DNA from: Octopus vulgaris
Taxonomy: Eukaryota
Reading direction: 5' to 3'
DNA length: 64,000 bases
NCBI GenBank assembly: GCA_951406725.2
Contig: OX597821.1
Span: 110,050,001-110,114,000 of the forward strand
In this document: one piece after another, positions 13,760-27,604 of the stretch
Position numbering within the stretch: position 1 is the first letter of the stretch
How the letters are laid out: every line of letters starts with the position of its first letter
Made by a program: the position numbers and the translations under genes
The notes under the pieces: generated by a model
What the model was told of the DNA's origin: nothing
Seen by the model: the letters and a program-made list of their open reading frames with translations, nothing else
Databases searched by the model: none

Positions 13760-16700
13760 ATGATTTGTATACATTTATATATATATATATATATAATATG
13801 TATATATATATATGTATATATATATAAATATATATAATTTGTATGCATTTATATATATATAAATATATATAATTTGTATACATTTATATATATATACATA
13901 TATATAATTTGTATACGTTTATATACATATATATAATTTGTATACATTTATATACATATATATAATTTGTATACATTTATATACATATATATAATTTGTA
14001 TACATTTATATACATATATATAATTTGTATATATTTATATACATATATATAATTTGTATAAGTTTATATACATATATATAATTTGTATAAGTTTATATAC
14101 ATAAATATAATTTGTATAAGTTTATATACATATATATAATTTGTATACGTTTATATACATATATATAATTTGTATACGTTTATATACATATATACAATTT
14201 GTGTAAGTTTATATACATATATATAATTTGTATACATTTATATACATATATATAATTTGTATACATTTGCATACATATATATAATTTGTATATATTTATG
14301 TACATATATATAATTTGTATATATTTATGTAGATATATATAATTTGTATATATTTATGTAGATATATATAATTTGTATATATTTATGTAGATATATATAA
14401 TTTGTATATATTTATGTAGATATATATAATTTGTATATATTTATGTAGATATATATAATTTGTATATATTTATGTAGATATATAATTTGTATATATTTAT
14501 GTAGATATATATAATTTGTATATATTTGCATACATATATATAATTTGTATATATTTATGTAGATATATATAATTTGTATATATTTGCGTACATATATATA
14601 ATTTATATATATTTTCGTACATATATATAATTTGTATATATTTGCGTACATATATATAATTTGTATATATTTGCGTACATATATAAAATTAGTATACGTT
14701 TATATACATATATATAATTTGTATACGTTTATATACATATATATAATTTATGTACATTTATGTAGATATATATAATTTATGTACATTGATGTAGATATAT
14801 ATAATTTGTACATTTATGTAGATATATATATTTTGTACATATTTATGTAGATATATATAATTTGTACATATTTATGTAGATATATATAATTTGTACATAT
14901 TTATGTAGATATATATAATTTGTACATATTCATATACATATATATAATTTGTACATATACATATATATAATTTGTACATATACATATATGTAATTTGTAC
15001 ATATATCTATATATCATATATCATAATTAATTTGTACATATTCATATACGTAATTTGTACATATTCATATACGTAATTTGTACATATTCATATACGTAAT
15101 TTGTACATATTCATATACGTAATTTGTACATATTCATATACGTAATTTGTACATATTCATATACGTAATTTGTACATATTCATATACGTAATTTGTACAT
15201 ATTCATATACGTAATTTGTACATATTCATATACGTAATTTGTACATATTCATATACGTAATTTGTACATATTCATATACGTAATTTGTACATATTCATAT
15301 ACGTAATTTGTACATATTCATATACGTAATTTGTACATATTCATATACGTAATTTGTACATATTCATATACATAATTTGTACATATTCATATACATAATT
15401 TGTACATATTCATATACATAATTTGTACATATTCATATACATAATTTGTACATATTCATATACATAATTTGTACATATTCATATACATAATTTGTACATA
15501 TTCATATACATAATTTGTACATATTCATATACATAATTTGTACATATTCATATACATAATTTGTACATATTCATATACATAATTTGTACATATTCATATA
15601 CATAATTTGTACATATTCATATACATAATTTGTACATATTCATATACATAATTTGTACATATTCATATACATAATTTGTACATATTCATATACATAATTT
15701 GTACATATTCATATACATAATTTGTACATATTCATATATATAATTTGTACATATTCATATACATAATTTGTACATATTCATATACATAATTTGTACATAT
15801 TCATATATATAATTTGTACATATTCACATACATAATTTGTACATATTCACATACATAATTTGTACATATTCACATACATAATTTGTACATATTCATATAC
15901 ATAATTAATTGTACATATTCATATACACAATTTGTACATATTCACATACATAATTTGTACATATTCACATACATAATTTGTATATATTCATATACATAAT
16001 TTGTACATATTCATATACATATTTTGTACATATTCATATATATAATTTGTACATATTCATATATATAATTTGTACATATTCAAATACGTAATTTGTACAT
16101 ATTCATATACGTAATTTGTACATATTCATATACGTAATTTGTACATATTCATATACGTAATTTGTACATATTCATATACGTAATTTGTACATATTCATAT
16201 ACGTAATTTGTACATATTCATATACGTAATTTGTACATATTCATATACATAATTTGTACATATTCATATACATAATTTGTACATATTCATATATATATAT
16301 ATATAATTTGTACATATTCATATATATAATTTGTACATATTCATATATATAATTTGTACATATTCATATATATAATTTGTACATATTCATATATATAATT
16401 TGTACATATTCATATACATAATTTGTACATATTCATATATATAATTTGTATATATTCATATACATATATATAATTTGTACATATTCATATACATATATAT
16501 AATTTGTACATATTCATATACATATATAATTTGTACATATTCATATACATATATAATTTGTACATATTCATATACATATATATAATTTGTACATATTCAT
16601 ATACATGTATATAATTTGTACATATTCATATACATATATAATTTGTACATATTCATATACATATATAATTTGTACATATACATATATATATTTGTACATA

Positions 16701-19700
16701 TTCATATACATATATAATTTGTACATATTCATATACATGTATATAATTTGTACATATTCATATACATGTATATAATTTGTACATATTCATATACATATAT
16801 ATAATTTGTACATATTCATATACGTATATATAATTTGTACATATTCATATACGTGTATATAATTTGTACATATTCATATACGTATATATAATTTGTACAT
16901 ATTCATATACATGTATATAATTTGTACATATTCATATACATGTATATAATTTGTACATATTCATATACGTGTATATAATTTGTACATATTCATATACATA
17001 TATATAATTTGTACATATTCATATACATATATATAATTTGTACATATTCATATACATATATATAATTTGTACATATTCATATACATATATATAATTTGTA
17101 CATATTCATATACATATATATAATTTGTACATATTCATATACATATATATAATTTGTACATATTCATATACATGTATATAATTTGTACATATTCATATAC
17201 GTGTATATAATTTGTACATATTCATATACGTGTATATAATTTGTACATATTCATATACGTGTATATAATTTGTACATATTCATATACGTGTATATAATTT
17301 GTACATATTCATATACGTGTATATAATTTGTACATATTCATATACGTGTATATAATTTGTACATATTCATATACGTGTATATAATTTGTATATATTCATA
17401 TACGTGTATATAATTTGTATATATTCATATACGTGTATATAATTTGTATATATTCATATACGTGTATATAATTTGTATATATTCATATACATGTATATAA
17501 TTTGTATATATTCATATACATGTATATAATTTGTATATATTCATATACATGTATATAATTTGTATATATTCATATACATGTACATGATTTGTAGATATTC
17601 ATATGCATGTATATAATTTGTATATATTCATATACATATATATAATTTGTATATATTCATATACATGTATATAATTTGTATATATTCATATACATGTATA
17701 TAATTTGTATATATTCATATACATGTATATAATTTGTATATATTCATATACATGTATATAATTTGTATATATTCATATACATGTATATAATTTGTATATA
17801 TTCATATACATGTATATAATTTGTATATATTCATATACATGTATATAATTTGTATATATTCATATACATGTATATAATTTGTATATATTCATATACATGT
17901 ATATAATTTGTATATATTCATATACATGTATATAATTTGTATATATTCATATACATGTATATAATTTGTATATATTCATATACATGTATATAATTTGTAT
18001 ATATTCATATACATGTATATAATTTGTATATATTCATATACATGTATATAATTTGTATATATTCATATACATGTATATAATTTGTATATATTCATATACA
18101 TGTATATAATTTGTATATATTCATATACATGTATATAATTTGTATATATTCATATACATGTATATAATTTGTATATATTCATATACATGTATATAATTTG
18201 TATATATTCATATACATGTATATAATTTGTATATATTCATATACATGTATATAATTTGTATATATTCATATACATGTATATAATTTGTATATATTCATAT
18301 ACATGTATATAATTTGTATATATTCATATACATGTATATAATTTGTATATATTCATATACATGTATATAATTTGTATATATTCATATACATGTATATAAT
18401 TTGTATATATTCATATACATGTATATAATTTGTATATATTCATATACATGTATATAATTTGTATATATTCATATACATGTATATAATTTGTATATATTCA
18501 TATACATGTATATAATTTGTATATATTCATATACATGTATATAATTTGTATATATTCATATACATGTATATAATTTGTATATATTCATATACATGTATAT
18601 AATTTGTATATATTCATATACATGTATATAATTTGTATATATTCATATACATGTATATAATTTGTATATATTCATATACATGTATATAATTTGTATATAT
18701 TCATATACATGTATATAATTTGTATATATTCATATACATGTATATAATTTGTATATATTCATATACATGTATATAATTTGTATATATTCATATACATGTA
18801 TATAATTTGTATATATTCATATACATGTATATAATTTGTATATATTCATATACATGTATATAATTTGTATATATTCATATACATGTATATAATTTGTATA
18901 TATTCATATACATGTATATAATTTGTATATATTCATATACATGTATATAATTTGTATATATTCATACACATGTATATAATTTGTATATATTCATATACAT
19001 GTATATAATTTGTATATATTCATATACATGTATATAATTTGTATATATTCATACACATGTATATAATTTGTATATATTCATACACATGTATATAATTTGT
19101 ATATATTCATATACATGTATATAATTTGTATATATTCATATACATGTATATAATTTGTATATATTCATATACATGTATATAATTTGTATATATTCATACA
19201 CATGTATATAATTTGTATATATTCATACACATGTATATAATTTGTATATATTCATATACATGTATATAATTTGTATATATTCATATACATGTATATAATT
19301 TGTATATATTCATATACATGTATATAATTTGTATATATTCATATACATGTATATAATTTGTATATATTCATATACATGTATATAATTTGTATATATTCAT
19401 ATACATGTATATAATTTGTATATATTCATATACATGTATATAATTTGTATATATTCATATACATGTATATAATTTGTATATATTCATATACATGTATATA
19501 ATTTGTATATATTCATATACATGTATATAATTTGTATATATTCATATACATGTATATAATTTGTATATATTCATATACATGTATATAATTTGTATATATT
19601 CATATACATATATATAATTTGTATATATTCATATACATATATATAATTTGTATATATTCATATACATATATATAATTTGTATATATATTCATATACATAT

Positions 19701-20780
19701 ATATAATTTGTATATATTCATGCACATATATACAATTTGTATATATTCATATATAAATATATAATTTGTATATATTCATATATATAATTTGTATATATTT
19801 ATATACAAATATATAATTTGTATATATTTATAAACAAATATATAATTTGTATATATTTATATACATATATATAATTTGTATATATTTATATACATATATA
19901 TAATTTGTATATAGTTATATATATGTATATAAATATATACAAATTATATATATAATTATATATATTTTGTATATATTTATATACAAATATATAATTTGTA
20001 TACATTTATACATATATATATAATTTGTATACGTTTATATACATATATATAATTTGTGTACGTTTATATACATATATATAATTTGTATACGTTTATATAC
20101 ATATATATAATTTGTATGCATATATATAATTTGTATATATTTGTATGCATATATAAAATTTGTATATATTTACATGCATATATACGGTTTGTATATATTT
20201 ACATGCATATATGCGGTTTGTATATATTTACATACATATATGCAGTTTGTATATATTTACATACATATTAGCAGTTTGTATATATTTACATACCTATATG
20301 CAATTTGTATATATTTACATACCTATATGCAATTTGTATATATTTACATACCTAAATGCAATTTGTATATATTTACATATCTATATGCAATTTGTATATA
20401 TTTACATATCTATATGCAATTTGTATATATTTACATACCTATATTCAATTTGTATATATTTACATACCTATATGCAATTTGTATATATTTACATACCTAT
20501 ATGCAATTTGTATATATTTACATTCCTATATGCAATTTCCATATATTTACATTCCTATATGCAATTTGCATATATTTACATACCTATATGCAAATTGCAT
20601 ATATTTATATACCTTTATGCAATTTGCATATATTTACATACCTATATGCAATTTGCATATATTTACATACCTATATGGAATTTGCATATATTTACATACC
20701 TATATACAATTTGCATATATTTACATACCTATATACAATTTGCATATATTTACATACCTATATACAATTTGCATATATAC
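13760..20780. repeat. AT-rich minisatellite/satellite, 29-bp unit with a 23-bp subarray
   Basis: AATTTG recurs every 29 bp (e.g. 13935, 13964, 13993; 17644, 17673) and every 23 bp within ~15030-16260. Confidence 0.97.
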
Positions 20781-20975
20781 AATTGTCTATAAAGCATACA
20801 ATGTAGAGAGAAAAAGAAGATTTGAACACCTGGAGGAAAGCACCATCGAAAAGTGTCTTGGTGCGACTATGAAAGATATCCCCGCAGAAGTAGAGGTAGG
20901 CTGGATTGTAGCCACACTTCTACACCAGATGGAGGACAAAATACAATTGGTCGAAATTGCAAGAGACGGGCCTAC
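20779..20975 (+). pseudogene. Internally deleted fragment of the gag-like ORF1 family
   Basis: TIVYKAYNVERKRRFEHLEESTIEKCLGATMK and DIPAEVEVGWIVATLL align by eye to TVTYRTQDKNTKKLARVEIVEIEKCLGDIMGK...NIPPEVKTE (28772-29236) and GLPPDIEPEWIEETI (49085-49861). Confidence 0.6.
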
Positions 20976-21061
20976 AATTCCAGTCTTTTATATATTTTGA
21001 GTATTGTTATCACTAGCGATATCAAGATATAACATTGTACTTTGTATTTTATGTGTAAATG

Positions 21062-21094
<33 letters not shown>

Positions 21095-21182
21095 GTACAT
21101 GTAATATGAACACATATATATACTCATATATACATTGACTAGCACTATGACCCGGCAACGACCGGGTCATAATGCTAGTATA

Positions 21183-22415
21183 TCGATATATATGAAACTA
21201 AGAATGTGTATCTGTCTGTCTGTGTGAATCCCTATAACTTGAGAACTACACAACCAATTTCATTCAAATTTTACACACGCCTTGCTTAGGGTCCATGGAG
21301 TGTCAGGAGCTCGCTCTGGGCGCCATTGGGCTCACTGCCCGCGGCTACGAGACAGCAGTGAGCGCTATGGCGACCAGAGCTATCTGGCGCCACTCACTGC
21401 CCGCGGCTACGAGACAGCAGTGAGCGCTATGGCGACCAGAGCTCGCTCTGGGCGCCATTGGGCTCACTGCCCGCGGCTACGAGACAGCAGTGAGCGCTAT
21501 GGCGACCAGAGCTCGCTCTGGGCGCCATTGGGCTCACTGCCCGCGGCTACGAGACAGCAGTGAGCGCTATGGCGACCAGAGCTCGCTCTGGGCGCCATTG
21601 GGCTCACTGCCCGCGGCTACGAGACAGCAGTGAGCGCTATGGCGACCAGAGCTAGCTCTGGGCGCCATTGGGCTCACTGCCCGCGGCTACGAGACAGCAG
21701 TGAGCGCTATGGCGACCAGAGCTGCTCTGGGCGCCATTGGGCTCACTGCCCGCGGCTACGAGACAGCAGTGAGCGCTATGGCGACCAGAGCTCGCTCTGG
21801 GCGCCATTGGGCTCACTGCCCGCGGCTACGAGACAGCAGTGAGCGCTATGGCGACCAGAGCTCGCTCTGGGCGCCATTGGGCTCACTGCCCGCGGCTACG
21901 AGACAGCAGTGAGCGCTATGGCGACCAGAGCTCGCTCTGGGCGCCATTGGGCTCACTGCCCGCGGCTACGAGACAGCAGTGAGCGCTATGGCGACCAGAG
22001 CTCGCTCTGGGCGCCATTGGGCTCACTGCCCGCGGCTACGAGACAGCAGTGAGCGCTATGGCGACCAGAGCTCGCTCTGGGCGCCATTGGGCTCACTGCC
22101 CGCGGCTACGAGACAGCAGTGAGCGCTATGGCGACCAGAGCTAGCTCTGGGCGCCATTGGGCTCACTGCCCGCGGCTACGAGACAGCAGTGAGCGCTATG
22201 GCGACCAGAGCTCGCTCTGGGCGCCATTGGGCTCACTGCCCGCGGCTACGAGACAGCAGTGAGCGCTATGGCGACCAGAGCTAGCTCTGGGCGCCATTGG
22301 GCTCACTGCCCGCGGCTACGAGACAGCAGTGAGCGCTATGGCGACCAGAGCTAGCTCTGGGCGCCATTGGGCTCACTGCCCGCGGCTACGAGACAGCAGT
22401 GAGCGCTATGGCGAC
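21183..22415 (+). mobile_element. Helitron-like 5' segment leading into a GC-rich tandem array
   Basis: TC start, (CTGT)n and AACTACACAACCAATTTCATTCAAATTTTACAC are shared with 10797-10880. No 3' CTAG end is visible downstream. Confidence 0.5.
21308..22415 (+). repeat. Tandem array of 16 x 70-bp GC-rich palindromic units
   Basis: Unit ctctgggcgccattgggctcactgc-ccgcggctacgagaca-gcagtgagcgctatggcgaccagag-ctcg; copies are nearly identical. Confidence 0.97.
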
Positions 22416-22435
22416 GGTCCCAACACTATAAACAG

Positions 22436-23165
<730 letters not shown>

Positions 23166-23915
23166 TGGCTTTTTTTTTTTTTCAACAGCAGCAGCAGCAG
23201 CTTTTCGTTTTGAAGGAGAGGAAGAAGAATCTTAATTACATGAGAACTATAGCGTGCAGGCAGAATATAAAAAAAACAAACAACTCTTTCTCAGATGTTG
23301 GCAATTTTACTTGCTCCGCATTGCAACAAGATGTCTTCGTCAAAGCAATTGCTCCCCCAAACCAAATTAGATAAAATTTGAGATACGTGGAACGTCAAAG
23401 CTGCTAACAAAATCAGGACAGTCAAAATTTTCGCTAAGGGCTGTTTAACCCTAACGAGGTGACGTGGTGAACGCTGGAGAAAGAAAGCTTTGTCAAGAGA
23501 CAGACGGGAGTGCATGAAGGAAAAGAAAAGAAATACATTTAGAAATAGATCTATAGTTATTGAGGACAGAATTTCTGTTAGAAATAGAGAACTATGAATA
23601 TTGAATTATGCATAAAGCGCTGACTTACATTCGGGGCTTCTAATTTCTCTGTAAAATATAAGATAGTCGCAAAATCATCGCACATGTCACCATCGATTAC
23701 AAACGCCGGTGGAAGATAAACGTTCCAGAGGACATTCTTGTACAAGGATCGTATTATGTTTCGGCTTAAAATAAATTATAGATACAAATATAATGTATAG
23801 AAATATATAAAAACCAGAATAGAAAATAAACGTCTTAGGCATATAAAATGAGATAACATGAGATATCAAGGTGTTATAAACTTGAAACTTACTAGAATAT
23901 CATAGATTATATATA

Positions 23916-26475
23916 TCAAGTCATCCAGTCAGTTCTGTCCAATTTTACCTGTTTTTTAGAGTTGAATGAAATTTAATAGTATTTGCAAATGTCTAATTCA
24001 ATTAAAAATTATTTTTATGCATTTGTGTACGTTTAAACTAATTCAATATTGTTTTACAAAATAATAGACGGTGTCCACAAAGTCTGCGTACATGGGAATT
24101 AACACATACTTTTAAAACAAATCAATTTTATTTAATTATAATAAATAATATTTTCAAAGTGATTTCCATCATTTTCAATGCATAACTTGATGCGCCTTGC
24201 AAAATTCAGGTGAACTTGATTAAATAAGTCTACATTGCCATCAATTTAAGCACACTGACTGGTAATGCGTTCTCTCGTGTGTTTTAAATCTGTAATCTTT
24301 ATTGAGTAAATTTTCTCTTTCAACATACCCCAGAAAAAGAAATCAAGGGGAGAAAGGTCTGGTGAACGAGGGGACCATTCCATATGACCCCTTTTTCCAA
24401 TCTAGTGAGGAGGAAAAGTGTCATTAAATCAATCTCTAACAGTTGTGGCAAAATGGGTAGGGGCCCCATCCTGCAGAAACCAATTCGGAAGGCCCTCGCC
24501 TAGGCGCTCAATTTAAGATATTAATTTGTCTCTCAATATATTTGCATAAGTCTCATCCGTTACATGTTCAATGAAGAAGGGTCCTAGAACATGAGCTTTC
24601 CAAAAACCACACCACACCATCACCTTTTTGCTGTCTTGCTGTTTGGATAGATCCATCCAATGTGGATTACCTCGAGACCAGTATAGAAGATTCTGTCTGT
24701 TGACCTCACCATTTACATAAAACGTAGCTTTGTCACTGAACAACACAAAGTTTTTCGTAAAATTGATATTTTCATCCAATTTATTCGTCTATCAGGATCG
24801 TCTTAATTTAAGTGATGCAATATCTGTAGGTTGTATCGATGAAACTTTTCCTCAACCAGCATTTTGTGGATGGTTGGTTTTGGAACACCTAACACCGTAG
24901 ATGTCCGACGAAGTGATTTTTGGGGCTAGCTAGCAGAAACTTTAGCCTCGACAGCCTCTTTAGTTTCATCTGAAGTCTTTGGTCGCCCGGAACGGGTTTA
25001 TCCGAAACACTGCCTGTTTCTTTAAATTTCTTGATCAATTTCCTGACGGCAGTAAAATAAATAGGTTGCCTACAAGGGTGTGGAAGATTAAATTCTTCCG
25101 CAATTTTGCGATAAGACCATCCCTCTCGTCCACTTAATAATACTAACTCGATTCTTTCTTCTTTAGACAGATTCATCATTCGATCTGGGATTCTTTCTTC
25201 TTTAGACAGAGCCATCATTCGATCATCTGTAGAAAAAATAACAAATAAATTTAGAAAAGTAAAGTATTTTTATAATTTAATTTAAAAAAAGTAAAAAAGT
25301 AAAATTATTATTTCTTATATTTATTTGTTTATGTTATGATTTTATTCCATAAACCCAGACTTCGTGGACACCCTAAAATTGCTTTGATTAAAACCCTTTC
25401 AACATGGAAGTATCCAAGGAGCATTTAAGGCACATATAATTCTTTATGAGTACAATAAAGGTAACTCTGATGCCGAAGTGACTCGAAACATACACTCAGT
25501 TTATAGCAAAGTGCTCGAATGAAAGAACTTGCAGGAGATCGTCTGCAAAATTGAAGATGAATATCGAACAGGATGTCCAGTTGAGTTTGACAAGCTCCTT
25601 GAGGCATTACTTGAAGAAAATCCGTCATTATCAGTTGAAGAATTGACAATAAAGCTTACTTCAAACCATACAACAGTTCATCGTCATCTTCAACAACGTG
25701 GAAAGGTTCCTAAACTTGGAAAATAGGTGCCTTATGTATTGTCCGAAAGCAACCGTAAATCCCGAGTTGGCATCTACTCTTCTCTCCATTCTCGCAAACT
25801 CATTTCACCCTTTTTCGATAGACTTGTGATGAAAAATGGATTTTCTATCGAAATGTTAGACGTCGTAAACAGTGGCTTGGTAAAAGGGAAAATTCTCAAC
25901 CACAACCGAGAAGGGAACTTCATGGGAAAAAGGTTCTACTCTCTATCTGGTGCGATTGCAAAGGCGTAATTCACTTTATATTGTTACCACCTAATGCAAC
26001 AATCAATGCTCAAGTCTACTGTCAGCAATTAGAGCGTTTGAACCAAGCTTTGAAGGAAAAAAGAGCCGCTTTAGTGAGTCGAAAACGAGTGATGTTTCAT
26101 CAGGACAATGCGCAACCCCACACTGCAAAGATCACATCACAGAAGATCGAAGGGGTCGGTTTGGAAAAATTTCTTCATCCAACTTATTCTCCCGACCTTA
26201 CTCCTTCAGGATACCATTTGTTTCATAGTTTACAGAATTAGTAGGGGGATACAACTTTCGCAAGCCAGGGGAAAGTCGAACCTGATATTTCAGAGTTCTT
26301 CGCTTTCAAACCAAAAGAGTTTTACGTTGATGGGATTAAAAAGCTTGTAAATAGATGGAGGTAAGTCATAGATAATTAGGGAAAGTACATTGATGATTAA
26401 CTTTCAATTAAATATAACATTTGATCACTTGTATTCTTTATCCAAAATTCAGACAGAACTTATGGGATGACCTGA
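23916..26475 (+). mobile_element. Degenerate mariner (DD34D-type) transposon interrupted by a nested element
   Basis: TIRs TCAAGTCATCCAGTCAGTTCTGTCC and the reverse complement of GACAGAACTTATGGGATGACCTGA. Transposase remnants run from ATG 25404 (MEVSKEHLRH) through HQDNAQPH...YSPDLTPS. Confidence 0.88.
24067..25374 (-). mobile_element. Tc1/mariner DD41D (rosa/Visitor-type) transposon, pseudogenised
   Basis: ~30-bp TIRs (GGTGTCCACAAAGTCTG / CAGACTTCGTGGACACC). Motifs VLFSDKATF and QDGAPTH...WSPRSPDLSPLDFFFWG, with 41 residues counted between the last two D. Confidence 0.88.
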
Positions 26476-26875
26476 GATATATACACTGGCGAAAATATAT
26501 TTAAGACAGACGATAAAAGTTCTATTTCTTACAAAATATTTTGTTACTAACACCATACAAATTATTTTTTATCTTTTACACCTTATGCAAAATTTATTTC
26601 GCTTTCGAATGATGCAGACAATAACCATTTTTATACTACTTGAAGAATTCTAATGCTAAATATAATTTTAATGGAGATAACCTGCAGTATATAGTACAAC
26701 ATTTTTGTCTCCGTATATGGGCTAAGTATTAATAAAATGTGGTATACGATAAAAATTTCGGATATTTGTCTTAAAACATTCAGACAAGAAAATTCAGATG
26801 TAGCACATGAGGTATTATTCCATACGAATATCCACATATTTATATTAAGAATTTCATGATAAAAATATAGAAATA

Positions 26876-27357
26876 TTGGGTTGTCCGGAAAGTTCTTGCA
26901 GATTTATAGTAGCTTACCTTTCGACTTATTTTAGAACATGATTGAGTTCATAAAATAGGATTTGACTACACCTCCATTTGGAGCACAGTTTAATCTATCT
27001 TTTCGTGGAAGAAGGTTTATGTTCCAATAACCTGTGTTAATTCTGTAACCCTTTAAATTAAAAGATGAGAAAAATTCATTATCGGCATTTGATGCTTTGG
27101 GAACCAGACAAAAATTGCTGCAGCTTGGCTTGAGTGACTTACCCCACCCTCCATATTCACCAGATATTACTCCTTCGGATTTCCACTTATTCAGGTCTCT
27201 GCAGAATAGTCTTAATGGTGAAAATTTCAATTCCTTAGATGACGTAAAAAGATACCTTGATGAATTATTTGCCTTGAACCACCCCAATTCTGGGAAGAGT
27301 ATTTAGTGACCATGTACTTTTCTTTAAAAATCGGAACGAACTTTCCGGACAACCCAA
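26876..27357 (+). mobile_element. Internally deleted mariner (MITE-like), TA TSD
   Basis: TIRs TTGGGTTGTCCGGAAAGTTC / GAACTTTCCGGACAACCCAA flanked by TA. Contains HPPYSPDITPSDFHLFRSL. Confidence 0.9.
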
Positions 27358-27604
27358 TATAAACATAACAATGAAATACAAATAAAAACATGAAAAATGA
27401 AAACCTAAATTGAAAGAGGCGATTAAATTTTTTTTCCTAACCTGCAGCCGTTTGTTGTACGAAGTATTCGAAATTCAGCCCTCCTTCCTCAGGGTTCCTT
27501 TCTCGAGGTAAAATCCAGCAGAAAGCAGTAAGGCTCTACATGACGAGTATTCAGTTGGTGAAAGTTCAGTTTTTGAGTATCGATGAATAAGTAACGTCCT
27601 ATCG

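Noticed and set aside
21308-22415. CRISPR array
   Set aside because: The loops are identical rather than unique spacers, no cas genes are present, and the context is eukaryotic.
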